Origin: the human T2T-CHM13v2.0 reference genome, Homo sapiens
DNA: 64,000 nucleotides
Strand: one strand, 5' to 3'
Assembly (NCBI RefSeq): GCF_009914755.1
Contig: NC_060926.1
In this document: positions 24,287 through 37,209 of the stretch, in pieces
Numbering within the stretch: position 1 is the first letter of the stretch
Layout of the letters: each line of letters starts with the position of its first letter
The notes under the pieces: model-generated
What the model was told of the DNA's origin: nothing
Database searches by the model: none
What the model saw: the letters and a program-made list of their open reading frames with translations, nothing else
Program-made: the position numbers and the translations under genes

Positions 24287-25689
24287 CCTTCCCAGTTCCT
24301 CGGGCATCAGAGGGTGGCAGCTGCTGGACTTTGCCAAACGTGAAGATCCCGAGACAAGCCCAACCTTCCATCAAGACCAGGAAACACTGCTCAGCAGGCA
24401 CGGTCAGACATGGCAGCATCAGATGGCGCATGGCCTGGGACAGAGGACAGACGCGCAGCACGCAGCGGCCATGATACAGTGGGAGTGGGGATGAAACCAG
24501 ATTCTGGTGCACCAGCCATTCCTGCATGGGATGGGTAGGAGGGCCAGGTGATGGCCTCGGCAACGCCCACAGGCCCCAGCAGCCCTGGCCCCCTGGGCAG
24601 CCACAGGCCCCCAGCGGAGCCCCACCCCGCACACAGCCTCCAAGTGCCTGCACGGCCGTATCTCCCGCAATTAAAATGCAGGCTTTCAAATCCATGACGC
24701 TCACGCACTGCTCAGCTTTCTGGAGTTTTAATTGCCCATTTGCTTTCTTCCTAGGCAACAGAACTGCTCTATTAATATCTCCCCACCGGTTTCAGGGGAG
24801 AGGGGAGACAAGCGAGGATTTGTTTCTGTATTAATTGGCAAACCTCTTTGCCGCCTGCTTCCTGGACCTCTCAGGGCTCGCTCTTCCTGTCTCTTTCTTC
24901 TCAATCATTTCGCTGTCTCTCTCTTCTCTCTGGGTGATCCTCCAAATTATAGTTTTAAAACAAAGAACGCCGAGCTCAGGGTTTTCTCTCTGTCCAGACA
25001 GAGGATGGGGCGTGTGACCCAGGGACCCAGAGTATGTTGTTGGATCTCAAATGCCTACAAAAATGACAGAAGGAACAGTCTCGTCCTCTGTGGGAGAAGG
25101 GCAATGGCAGACCCAAAACCGAACTGAGGGACCACGGGATCCTGGGAGCCATGCCCTGCTCCCCACTCTGCACCAGCCTCCTGGCCTTCCGCTTCTGTGC
25201 TGGTTCCCTCGGTCTCCCTCCCAGCTTGTAAACGAGGCATGCCCAGAGCCATCCGTGATCCTGTCTCCCTATGTGCACCACGTCTAAAATGAGCCCCAGG
25301 GCTTTGAATCCCGTAGGGTGTGTCAACAGCACCCAATTCACATTTCCCATGCTCATCTCCCCGACGCAGGCTCCCACAGCCACCAGCTTCAGCAGACGAG
25401 TAGACACATGATACGCAATTCACACTTAGTGTCCAAAGCTGAACGCCAGCGGCCCCCAGCCTCATCCTTCCCGGGGCTTCCCGTCTCAACAGACAGCATC
25501 AGTGCTACATGCTTGCTCAGGCCACAAGATACTGGCCCCACCTTGATCCACGCCTCTCATCACGACCACTACACCCTTTGTCACGGCCTCCAGGGTGAGT
25601 GCCGCAGTTCCAGCTGCCACGGTCGCTCACAGAACCACACAATGCCCTCTGATGGGCCCTGCCACAGCTCCTGGCTAAGCCCTGGCTGG

Positions 25690-25950
25690 CATCTCCTTCC
25701 CAGCCGCTTGTTTCTCCTTTATCCCATTGCACAAATTACACATTTTCTTTTGTACTTAGCATTGTCTGTCCCCCATCAAGCCTGCAGGTTACAAGGGCAA
25801 GGTGTGTAGCTGGTGGGTGCTACAGGCCCAGCATACAGGGCAGTGCGTGGCACAAGACAGTGGCTCGTCTCGCTCACCCGGATGCAGCCCCCAGGCCTAG
25901 AATGCTGCCGGGAGCAGAATAAGATGCACAACGAAGGATGGTGGATGCGT
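25690..25950 (+). mobile_element. L2 3'-end fragment(s)
   Basis: 'attgtctgtcccccatcaagcctgcaggttacaagggcaagg...cagtgcgtggcaca' follows the L2 terminal pattern. Confidence 0.55.
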
Positions 25951-26959
25951 AATTATGACGTGTTATATGAAGTACACAAAAGATTATGACATGCATAACA
26001 CCTTTTAAATACAAAAGAATACAAAAGGAAGAGTCCTTTTTAAAGATGTTATTTTACCACTAAAATGTGACAGCGGGTTGGGTGAGGAAGGGTTGGAACT
26101 GGGGGAGTCAAAGGTTCCCAGGAACCTAAGCCATAATCAAGAGAAAAATCTTCTCCCTGAAGAAGTGGTGGCAGCAATCAGCTGTAGCTTGTACTTCTTT
26201 AGGGATTTTTCCTTAAAAAAATAGACTTAGTCTTTGTAATGGGTCTTGCCACTTGGGCATCTGTAGAATTCATTTGGCCATGAATTTAGGGTATGCCATG
26301 GCTCTCTAAAGAGGAGGGTGCTGGGGGCAGGTGGCGGGGGTGTGGCAGCAAGGGACCACATTCTCCTCACTGCACAGGCAGCCGTGCCTGACCACTTCAG
26401 TGGGGCTGAGCGCACTTGCTGTGACAGGAGAGGCCCCATGAAATGGACCGTCGGTCATCTGGGTCTTTCGCGAATCAACCAGCACTAATTGCCATCAGAT
26501 TGCATGTGTCAGCACACACAGACAGCGCTTCCATCACGGCCCGAGCAATGCAAGAGGAACACAGAGAATCTATTTTATCTCGTGGTGCTCCAGGCCAGGC
26601 CAGGACTGAGAGAAAGAGGCCAGAGTGGGATGGACTCTTCACATTCCACGGGCCAGCCCTCAGTTTTCTGATTAGGAAGTAAACTGGGTCTAAAATTTGG
26701 CTTCTGCCCAAGTCCCTAAGAGATTCCCCCACGGCTGGCATTGATGAGGATACCCCGAGGAACATGCCTCAGATGCGAGGCTGGATGTTAGCCCCACAGC
26801 AGCAGGGATGCCTGGGGGTGGGGCGAGAACACCCAGAATGAAGCTACAGGCACACCCAGCATCACAACACACACAACTGGAGATCAAGAATTCAATTCTG
26901 TTGTAATTAGGACACACATCAGCACAAAGTGGGCTATCATCCTATATGAAGAGTACATG

Positions 26960-27068
26960 GTTCTGCCGTGTACCCGAATCCACGTAGCGGGCTGCACGCA
27001 CAGTTCTGCCGTGTACCCCAACCCACGTAGCGGGCTGCACGCACAGTTCTGCAGTGTACCCAAATCCA
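26960..27068. repeat. 43-bp tandem repeat, ~2.5 copies
   Basis: gttctgccgtgtaccc..ccacgtagcgggctgcacgcaca starting at 26960, 27003, 27046. Confidence 0.93.
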
Positions 27069-27995
27069 TATATTAGACTATGCTGGGTGCTGAACACTTA
27101 GAACTCATAACTATCTGCTTTCAAAAGGAGTCTAAGAGAGATGGTTAGTTGTTAAATACATTATGATATAGATCAAAATTATATCATAAAAACGTCATAA
27201 TTTAAAAGATAGTTTTATCTAAACATAAAGCATACCTCCTAAAAAATTGGTTTTTAAATTCAATCTGCATCCATTTGTCTTGAGTAGGGAACACATTCAA
27301 GTGGTCTCTGGGGTGATGCCGTGAGGGAGTGTGGCTAAGAAACTCACCCAGGCCCTTTCCATCCTTTCTCTCATTTAATCTGTATAATAGACGTGGAAGT
27401 TATTACCTTTTTATATCATGGTATTGTTATCACTTTATAAAGAGCAAACCAAAGTTCTCAAATATCAACCTTAGTGCCGTTTTCCTGATTTTCTTGGAGA
27501 AACACAATGTTATGTAAAGGTAAGTTGGTCACCTTCGCATGACCATGGCAATGTCACAGCAGGTGGCACAGCTGGATGCTGTCAGCCCCAAGCCTGTCTG
27601 TGTCCTGGTCCTGTGGCCGTCAGGGGCCCCGCTGGGCCATCCACTCCAGGGGCACCATGCACACGTGCTCGCCACGGGGCCACATGGCAGCCTATGTCCA
27701 CTGAACCCTCCTGCCACACATGCTCTGCTCTGTGAGGAAGGTTGAAGAGTTTTCCATTCTGGCTCCATGCTAACATCACTCAGGAATGAACCTACTAACA
27801 TCTGGGGCCCTGTTGGGAAATATTCTGGGTCAAGGTGAGGCCTGCAGCACTGGAACTTTCCCTAAGTCCTCAGGTGACTGCGCGGCCAGACTGGGACCCA
27901 GTCCATTAAGTGGCTGACCCATCATTTATGTTAATGGTTTATCATCTTCAAGTGCCCCTTCATAAGATACTCGTACAAAAAAGACCGTGAGCCCT

Positions 27996-28175
27996 ACAGG
28001 CCCCAGATACTTCCCCCATGCTCACCACGCTGTTGGGGGGACAGCCCCCCACACCTCACAGACAGCCGGCTCTGTGCACCTCACAACAGGCCCACATACT
28101 TCCCCCATGCTCACCATGCTGTTGCGGGGACAGCCCCCCGTACCTCACAGACAGCCGGCTCTGCGCACCTCACAA
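27996..28175. repeat. ~90-bp tandem duplication, 2 copies
   Basis: acaggccc...atacttcccccatgctcacc...gcacctcaca starting at 27996 and 28086. Confidence 0.93.
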
Positions 28176-28179
28176 GTAC

Positions 28180-28330
28180 CTCTCCTTAATCCCCAGAGCG
28201 ATCTCCAGATAGGTGCTGCTGTCCCTCTTTTATGAGGAATGAGTCTAAGCCTAAGAGACCTCCCCAAGGCCATACAGCCTCCGTGCCAGAGCCGGAACTC
28301 AAATCCAGGTATGTCTGATGCTGACGTCTG
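28180..28330 (-). mobile_element. MIR
   Basis: 'ccttaatcccc...ccccaaggccatacagc...agagccggaactcaaatccaggtatgtctga'. Confidence 0.7.
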
Positions 28331-29916
28331 TGCTGCCTCCAAGGCACGCAGCCTCATGTGATGAACAGGTGACCACCACCAAAAAGCTCTCATCTACATT
28401 ATGGCAACTTCTGCCAAGATGATGCCAGTACTATGTGGAAGATTAAAATAATGTTGATTTCTTTATAATGAATTCAACTGTTACTGAAAATAATGAGATA
28501 TGAGACAGAGAGCAAAAATGTTTTGAAAAAAAAAAAAAACTAAAACTAAATATAAACCTTAGTGGCTAGGTCCAAAAAAGACTGTCATTTGCAGAAAACG
28601 AGAAAGGGAGAGAGAACGTTCCTTTTCCACATTAAACGAAATAAGCCCTGCTACCCCGGTCCCATGAAGCCTTTCTGGGCAGACACTGGCCCAGGCCTGA
28701 GCTCTTCTGCACCCATGTGCATTCTCCCAAGTCCTCTGCCAGCCTACGAGTCTTCCTCTGTTTCCTTTCATTCCATCACAGAACAATCTCGACAAACTAT
28801 CACCCTACAATCTATAGCCTGGTGGCATGGCTTGCTCGGTGAGTTGAGCTTAACTCAGCAACATTCTAGCACAGATGAGGGCCTCCCCTTGAGCCGGCCT
28901 GTAGCACTCTAACCGGGTTCCCAGGACACATTTCCTAGCAGGCTCAGGAAAGGGCATCTTTACTGGGTCAGTGGCTCCTCCAGGAGGCCCTTGGAAGACT
29001 TCAGGAGGGGCGTGGTGGAAGACAGAGGGAAATGCTGCTATAGCCTGTGAGTCCATGCGTGGGGAGGGCCTGGACCAATCAGATGTGGCCTGCTTTTTCT
29101 CTCATGGCAAAGCTGCATGCCCCAGGGAGAACCCGGACTGCTCAGGAGGGTCCTGGCACCCAGACAGCCGTTTAGGCTGCAAAACAGCACACAGAAGACC
29201 TGCTTCAAAGACGGGCCCATCAGCCACGACTGGACCAGTCCCCACGGGCACCTCAGCCCCTTAACCTCTGCTCCACTTCTCCCCATCACTCTGGACGCAT
29301 GTGGTGACAGTCCTCCCGGGTTTTCAGGAAAGGAATGGTCCCGACAGCTGTTGGATGCAGGTGGCCACAGCAGCAGGTAAACTCTCTTAATATGCTGCAG
29401 GTGAGACCCACCCCAGGACGCAGAGGCAGCCTGTTATTATTTTAAGGCAATGATCAAGTCATCTTCAACTTGATCACAGACAATTTTGAATTTGTCTGTC
29501 GCCGAACACGTTAATGTCTAAACATGTCCTTTAATGTTCTGTGAAGCTACAGAAACCACACATTATTCAAAAAGAAAGATTTTTCTTCCTTAAATTTAAT
29601 TAAATGGAATGGTGGCTATTTGAACACCACAGACTCCAAACACTTTAACAAATATGAACCTAAACAATTCTTTGATGATATCCAAAGTGCAAATAATGTT
29701 TTCATTCTTGAACTTTTCAAAATCAGTAAACAAAAAATTATGTATAACCATTTAACAAATACATTTAAAGTCATAAATGATAATCTTATTGTGTAGAAGT
29801 AATATTGTTCATTAGGAGAATCCCACAGGAGGAATAATTATAACCATGTGACTGCTTTCAACCAGCTTAGCTGACTCGTGACCTGGCTTTGACCTGTGTC
29901 CTTGAACTGATGTTCA

Positions 29917-32512
29917 AACACACACCCTCCATCCAGCCCATCCTCCCTACACACACACACCCTCCATCCAGCCGATCCTCTCTGCACACACCCTCCATCC
30001 AGCCGATCTTCTCTGCACACATACACCCTCTATCCAGGCCATCCTCTCTCCACACACACCCTCCACCCAGCCCATCCTCTCCACACACACACACCCTCCA
30101 TCCAGCCCATCCTCTCTCCAAACACACACCCTCCATCCAGCCCATCCTCCCTACACACACACACCCTCCATCCAGCCGATCCTCTCTGCACACACCCTCC
30201 ATCCAGCCGATCCTCTCTACACACACCCTCCATCCAGCCGATCCTCTGCACACATACACCCTCCATCCAGGCCATCCTCTCTCCACACACACCCTCCATC
30301 CAGCCCATCCTCTCTCCAAACACACACCCTCCATCCAGCCCGTCCTCTCTACACACACCCTCCATCCAGCCCATCCTCTCTACACACACCCTCCATCCAG
30401 CCATCCTCTCTCTATACACATGCCTTCCATCCAGCCCATCCTCTCTCTACATACACACCCTCCATCCAGCCCATCCTCTCTCCACACACCCTCCATCCAG
30501 CCCATCCTCTCTCCACATACCCTCCATCCAGCCAACCTCTCTCTATACACATGCCCTCCATCCAGCCCATTCTCTCCCTGCACACACACCCGCCATCCAG
30601 CCCATCCTCTCTACACACACACACACACACCCTCCATCCAGCCCATCCTCTCTACACACACACACACACACCCTCCATCCAGCCCATACTCTCTGCACAC
30701 ATACACCCTCCATCCAGGCCATTCTCTCTCCACACACACCTCCATCCAGCCCATCCTCTTTCCACACATACACCCTCCATCCAGCCCATCCTCTCTCCAT
30801 GCACAACCTCCATCCGGCATGTCCTTTCTACACACACACACCCTCCATATAGCTTGTCCTCTCTACACACACACACCCTCCATCCAGCCCGTCCTCTCTC
30901 CACACATACACCCTCCATCCAGCCCGTCCTCTCTCCACACACACCCTCCATCCAGCCCGTCCTCTCTCCACACACACCCTCCATCCAGCCCATCCTCTCT
31001 ACACACACACACCTTCCATCCAGCCCATCCTCTCTCTACACACCCTCCATCCAGGCCATCCTCTCTACACACACACCCTCCATCCAGCCCATCCTCTCTG
31101 CACACACACACCCTCCATCCAGCCCATCCTCTCTCTACACACCCTCCATCCAGCCCATCCTCTCTGCACACATACACCCTCCATCCAGCCCATCGTCTCT
31201 CCACACACACCCTCCATCCAGCCCATCCTCTCTACACACACACACCCTCCATCCAGCCCATCCTCTCTACACACACACACCCTCCATCCAGCCCTCCTCT
31301 CTCTGCACACCCTCCATCAAGCCCATCCTCTCTACATACACACACCCTCCATCCAGCCCGTCCTCTCTACTCACACACACCCTCCATGCAGCCCTCCTCT
31401 CTCTGCACACCCTCCATCAAGCCCATCCTCTCTACACACACACACCCTCCATCCAGCCCGTCCTCTCTCTGCACACACACCCTCCATCCAGCCCATCCTC
31501 TCTACAAACACGCCCTCCATCCAGCCCATCCTCTCCCTGCACACACACACCCTCCATCCAGCCCATCCTCTCTCTGCACACACCCTCCATCCAGCCCATT
31601 CTCTCTTTACACACCCTCCATCCAGCCCATCCTCTCCTTGCACACACACACCCTCCATCCAGCCCATCCTCTCTCTGCACACACACCCTCCATCCAGCCC
31701 ATCCTCTCTCTACACACCCTCCATCCAGCCCATCCTCTCTACTCACACACACCCTCCATGCAGCCCTCCTCTCTCTGCACACACACCCTCCATCCAGCCC
31801 ATCCTCTCTACACACACACCCTCCATCCAGCCCATCCTCTCTGCACACACACACCCTCCATCCAGCCCCTCCTCTCCCTGCACACATACACCCTCCATCC
31901 AGCCCATCCTCTCTACACAGACACCCTCCATCCAGCCCATCCTCACCACACACAGACACCCTCCATCCAGCCCATCCTCTCTACACACACACACCCTCCA
32001 TCCAGCCCGTTCTCTCTCTACACACACACACCCTCCATCCAGCCCATCCTCTCTCTGCACACACACACCCTCCATCCAGCTCACCCCCTCTGCAAACACA
32101 CACCCTCCATCCAGCCCATCCTCTCTCCACACACACACCCTCCATCCAACCCATCCTCTCCACACACACCCTCCAACCAGCCCATCCTCTCTACACACAC
32201 ACCCTCCATCCAGTCCATCCTCTGTATACACACACACACTCCATCCAGCCCATCCTCTCTACACATACACCCTCCATCCAGCCCATCCTCTCTACACACA
32301 TACACACCTCCATCCAGCCCATCCCGTCTACACACACACCCTCCATCCAGCCCGTCCTCTCTCTGCCTACAGAATCCATCCAGCCCATCCTCCCTACACA
32401 CACACACCCTCCATCCAGCCTATCCTCTCTACACACACAGATTGTTCCCTCTCTGCACACACACTGTCCATCCAGCCTGTCCTCTCTGCACCCACACACT
32501 GCCCATCCAGCT
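29917..32512. repeat. Large ~31-33-bp VNTR [(CA)n CCCTCCATCCAGCCCATCCTCTCT], ~80 copies
   Basis: 2.6-kb tandem array; unit length varies through internal CA and CT microsatellites. Confidence 0.98.
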
Positions 32513-33255
32513 CTGGGCACCTTTGTCCTCACAGGTGAAACCAGGGCTCTGACCTTTCTTCAACCTCAGCTGTCTAGGACCAAGTCTCTCCGAGTCTCTG
32601 ACTTGTTTCCTTAGGGGTTTCCAATTAAGAGCTAATCTTGTTCTCCTGCCTAGCCTGGAAGCCATCTACTTCTCCCGGCACCCATCCGGCAGGCAGGTGG
32701 TGGCAGTTAACATGCTTCTCTCTGTACCAGAATCACTTCCTTTTGTCCATGAGCTCCTGGGTGGCAGGGATTAGGTGGGCTTAATTGTGTCTGTGGCTCC
32801 AGCATTTGGGACAGTGTGGCACATGCTAGGAGCTCAGCATGTATCTGGTGACCACAAAAGAAAGAGGCGTGTGGGACACTGTGAAAACAGCATCGATGGA
32901 ATCCGACTACGGAATAAAGAGGGTGGGGGCGAGGAAAGGCTGATGTTTCAGTGGAGTATAAAAGAAGGCTGAGTGGCATGAAGTGAGTGTTTCAGCCACA
33001 CCTGCCTCACCTGCAGCATGCAGAGACAGCCATTCACATCTTACACCGCTGGTGAGGCAAGTGGTAAGCACAGGGCTCAGCAGATGGTGGGCATTTGCCC
33101 TAACAGTTAAATAAGGGCTGTAGATGAGCAGATTTTCAAAGTCCCTTCTACAACGGAGTTCAACCAGTTTCAGAAGAGTTGAGCTACGAGGTTCTACCTC
33201 CCAGTTCAGCCTCATGCCCAGGGGAAACAGCCAGGTTCTCCCTTGCATTCTAGTC

Positions 33256-33467
33256 CAAGGGACGGCGAACTTTTTCTGTAAAGGGCCAGGTCATAAATAT
33301 TTTTGGCTTTGCAGGCCACACAGTCTTTATCGCAGTTACTCTGTAGAGCAAAATCAGCCACAGACATTACAGAAATAAGCGAGTGTGTCTGGGTGCCAAT
33401 AAAACTTTATTCACAAAACCAGGTAGTGGGCCAGAATTAGCTGTGGCTGTGGTTTCCTGGCCCCTCT
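33256..33467 (-). mobile_element. MER58A hAT-Charlie element
   Basis: 'aactttttctgtaaagggccagg..taaatatttttggctttgcaggccaca...ccaataaaactttattcacaaaa'; degenerate 8-bp TSD ttctagtc/tcctagac. Confidence 0.88.
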
Positions 33468-33496
33468 CCTAGACCATGAAAAGCTTTGTCTTGCTT

Positions 33497-33597
33497 CTTT
33501 TTTTGTTCGTTTGTTTGAGATGGAGTCTCGTTCTGTCATCCAGGCTGGAGTGCAGTGGCTCCATCTCAGCTCACTGCAAGATCTGCCTCCCGGGTTC
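33497..33597 (-). mobile_element. 5'-truncated AluY-like fragment (~100 bp) with 15-bp TSD
   Basis: Right-arm Alu end with 'ctcactgcaag'; TSD agctttgtcttgctt at 33482-33496 and 33598-33612; TT/AAAA site on the element strand. Confidence 0.9.
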
Positions 33598-33637
33598 AGC
33601 TTTGTCTTGCTTTTTAAGGAGATTTAGGAGAAACCCT

Positions 33638-33712
33638 TTGTTCATTTGCTCATTCACTACATTCAACAAATACTTTCTCAGTGCCTACTATGTGCCAGGC
33701 ACTTTTGAGCCT
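33638..33712 (-). mobile_element. L2 3' end
   Basis: 'ttcatttgctcattcac..cattcaacaaatactttctcagtgcctactatgtgccaggcac'. Confidence 0.8.
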
Positions 33713-34912
33713 ATGGGTCAGAGAGGGGGTCATCACCAAAAGATCTGCCATCTCAGACAGTTGGGACTCATGGATAATGCTATACATTTCCTGCTCTATT
33801 TATTGTATTTTCCCTTCATTCCCTTAACAGATGCTTGTTAGCAGAGAAAGGCTTGAGATTCGTGCGGCCCACTCCTTCTGCCACTGCAGCCCCACTCTTA
33901 CCCGTTTCACATACCGGGGTTTTATTTATATGTCTATTACAGGCTTATATATTGGGGTTCCTTGTCACTTGTGAAAATGGGTTCGGTAGCTTTAAAACAA
34001 GATTTGAAAGCCACTGGTCTGGCCTAGATACTGCCGTTTTATTGATGGCTGGGTTGTGTGGGAGAGAATCCAAGTCTTGCTAGTGTCAGATTACATCTAT
34101 TGCTTCCCCTGGACCCATCTTGTCTGTCGTCATGCCCTTGAAAGAGATAAAATTAATCAGAAGGGAGTTATGGCCTCCAAAGTCATCCTGATAGTATCTA
34201 GGATCTTACGATCTCGATGGTGTTGGTAAATTGGTTCTGTAATAATGATCCTCCCCTGGCTGAGTGTCCTCAGATCTCAACAAGCAAATTCCGGTGTCCT
34301 CCCCCGAGAAGATGTCGTGGGTTCTTGATCTCCTATACCAAGAGCTCACTCAGTATTCAGAAATGCTCCACACAAGGATTGACAGCAGCCAAAGAGGGGC
34401 CGTGTTCTCTAAGGTGCTCGGGCTCTCCATGAGGGAAGGAACCCCCAACCACACTCTATCCAACCACTGTCAGAAGACTCACCCCCCATAAGAAGGCATT
34501 CCAGTGTCGGCACAAATGCTTCCTGGGAGAAGACACGTACAGCTCTGGGACAGCTGCAGACGTCAAGCCCAGCCTTCCAGGGGACATCGTCTGACTCGGT
34601 GTTAACTTCTCCCTTACCTACCCCGCTCCTGCTCACTGCGCTCAGATCTTTGCCCTGGGATCAGAAAGAGAAGGTCCAGTCCTCTCCCGCTTAACAGCCC
34701 CACAGATACAGGAAAGCCCCACCATAGCACTATTAATGAGGCCAAAAAGCCTCAAACATTTAAAATGGGGGTTCTCATTTTTCAAAAGTAATGAGATGAC
34801 CAGGGTGAGTTCTGGACTTCAGGAAGCCAAGATTCATCACAAGTCCTAGCTGTTGCTGAGAATGTCGTTGTGTCTGTCTCTCCACAGGGCCTCCCGCGTG
34901 AGCCTCCATGGA

Positions 34913-35051
34913 CTGCCCCCTGTCCTGGAGTGCTCCGCCCTGGGTCAGCTCATTGTCCTGGCCCCCCGTCCTGCCGTGCTCGGCCCTGGGTCAGCTCACT
35001 GCCCTGGCCCCTTGTCCTGCAGTGCTCGGCCCTGGGTCAGCTCATTGTCCC
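34913..35051. repeat. 46-bp tandem repeat, ~3 copies
   Basis: gtcctg..gtgctcggccctgggtcagctca starting at 34922, 34968, 35014. Confidence 0.9.
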
Positions 35052-35280
35052 AGCGACTCTGCTTGGGGCTCTGCTGATGGCATTCTGAGAGCTGGATGCC
35101 ACAGGGATGTGATCTGACTGGGCGCGGCCTTGTTACGAATATCTCCTTCTCTTAGGAAAAGAGAGTCCTTGGATTAGATTGGCTTTTTGTTTTAATGGGC
35201 AAATCATACTATTGACTTTGACACTATAGCCTGCTGAAATTCCCATTTGTATGTTTTAAATTTCAGAAAGGAAAATATTT

Positions 35281-35342
<62 letters not shown>
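35281..35342. repeat. Compound microsatellite (TC)10(AC)21
   Basis: Directly visible. Confidence 0.98.
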
Positions 35343-35344
<2 letters not shown>

Positions 35345-35751
35345 TGAGTTATGGCCATACGTGTAAGCTATGTAAGCTCTTCTTAGGTTTTGCCAAATCA
35401 CGGAAGACAGACAACCTGGCAGTTTACATGCAATCTTATACGTCCCTAAGATGTCATTCACCAAGCTGCATTCCCTCTCTTGACAGTCTGTAGAAAGCTT
35501 GGTTCTCTAGGCAGTGAGTGAAAAGGATCTCGTTCCCAGTCTCGGCACCACCACTCACAGTCGAGTGATCCTGGGCCAGTCACTCAAGTGCTCAGAGCCC
35601 AGACTCAGCAAATTTATGACGCAAGAGTCACACTATTTGGTCTCCAAGGTGCCTCTTGACAGGGACCCTAAGATTCCCCAGTGAGGTATGCAGCCTGGCC
35701 TGGCAAAGCGCAAACTCCAGTGCAGACAGCTGTGGCTGGATCACTAAATCA

Positions 35752-35831
35752 ATAGTTTGAACCATATGAAACTGCCATTCTTATAGGTCAAAAAGGGTCA
35801 AATTTCAGCAATTTCATATAATTCAACCCTG
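35752..35831. mobile_element. MADE2-like mariner MITE (~80 bp, palindromic)
   Basis: Inverted ends 'ttgaaccatatgaaactgcc' and 'gcaatttcatataattcaacc'. Confidence 0.85.
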
Positions 35832-37012
35832 TGAAATCCCAAACAAGACTTTTAACCTCCCAGTTTTCACAATTGCAAAATGAATGTCCTATATTATGGA
35901 AAACTAGTTTTAAGATGTCAAAACTCCAAAATTCTATTTGGTCCATTAAAACGACAGTTTCCCCTGTAACACATGTACTCTCCTTTGTACCTAGACAGTG
36001 ATTACATATGAATGGCTGGCTTCTGGTCTTTCCAGCACAGGTCTATCTAAATGCCTTTACACAGGCCCGCCCCCTCTCCTTCTCGTCAGTGCCTCAGCTT
36101 CAGGATGCAAGCACCCCTCCTCTGCTCTTACAGTGCCTTCATCATTGCTCCCTAAAAAGCCTGGACTGGGCTCCCAGCAGTCTCGCCTCAATGCCACCTG
36201 CATGTCCACGGCCACATCCTTGCCTCACAGCCTCTCCAATGTGTCCGTTTCTCAAGGCTGTACTTCAGGGTCAAATGGGCTTTCGCGCTAATACCCTATC
36301 AAACAGCCTTCTTGCCAATACCATTTCCATGAAAAAAAAAAAGAATCAACCAAAAACAAAAACAAGAAGGTACACACAATGCACTTATTTCTGGATGATG
36401 CTGGGAAGTCCCGATGTCCCAATCATACAAATACCTAATGGTCCAAAAGCGTTTGTAAACCAGCTGTCGCCCAGGCATGTTTTCTACAAGAGAGTATATA
36501 TGTCATGGGTTATAAACAGCGAGTGAGCGAGTGAACCTGTGAACTCCGGACAGTGCCAATTCCAACAGCACAGGCTTCTGTGTGTTCTTCATTAGGAGAA
36601 ATCTTGTTTTTCAGGGTACAGTTCTCAAAATAGTCAAAAATCTCAGAGGCCAGCCTGATGAATGAAAAAGATGATTCATAGGGCTAAATTATCAGGAGCC
36701 AAAAAGTATCCTACAAAAACACAGCAGAGAGATTTTCTCAGATGGCACTGAAGCTGACTTTTAGAGCATTTCTGAAAGAAAAGTTCCAAAAATGTTTTGG
36801 GAAATGACAGTTTCTTTGGACAAGCAGAGGTCAGCATCACGGGCACGCAAGTTCCTCTGTGTCTGCATGAGATTCCGCAATGAGCCTTGCTTTTCAGATG
36901 CAGCTTCCGGGATGAGTGACTCAGTTCCAAGTGAGATGCAGTAGACGGCAACAAACACACATCTTCTTTCTGACCCCTTCACAACAACAAGCATGGAGGC
37001 AGGTCCCGGGGA

Positions 37013-37209
37013 CTCCAAGGAGAACTGGCCTTCACTCCCTGTGCCTGCCAGGGGACAGCCATCTGAACACTGAGGAGTCTCCCAGGCCAGGTCACTAAGT
37101 TAGAGAATGCTCCAAGGAGAACTGGCCTTCACTCCCTGTGCCTGCCAGGGGACAGCCATCTGAACACTGAGGAGTCTCCCAGGCCAGGTCACTAAGTCAG
37201 ACAATGCTC
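37013..37209. repeat. 97-bp tandem duplication, 2 near-identical copies
   Basis: ctccaaggagaactggcc...ggtcactaagt at 37013 and 37110; only two differences seen. Confidence 0.96.

Noticed and set aside
29889-32614. 887-aa and 687-aa His/Pro/Ser/Thr-rich ORFs
   Set aside because: They lie within a C/A-rich VNTR that rarely forms stop codons; several frames are open; no promoter or splice support.
34060-34500. Possible antisense L3/CR1 remnant; also a MER5-like piece at ~27745-27900 and a small Alu fragment at ~37980-38025
   Set aside because: Too diverged or short to assign or delimit by eye.
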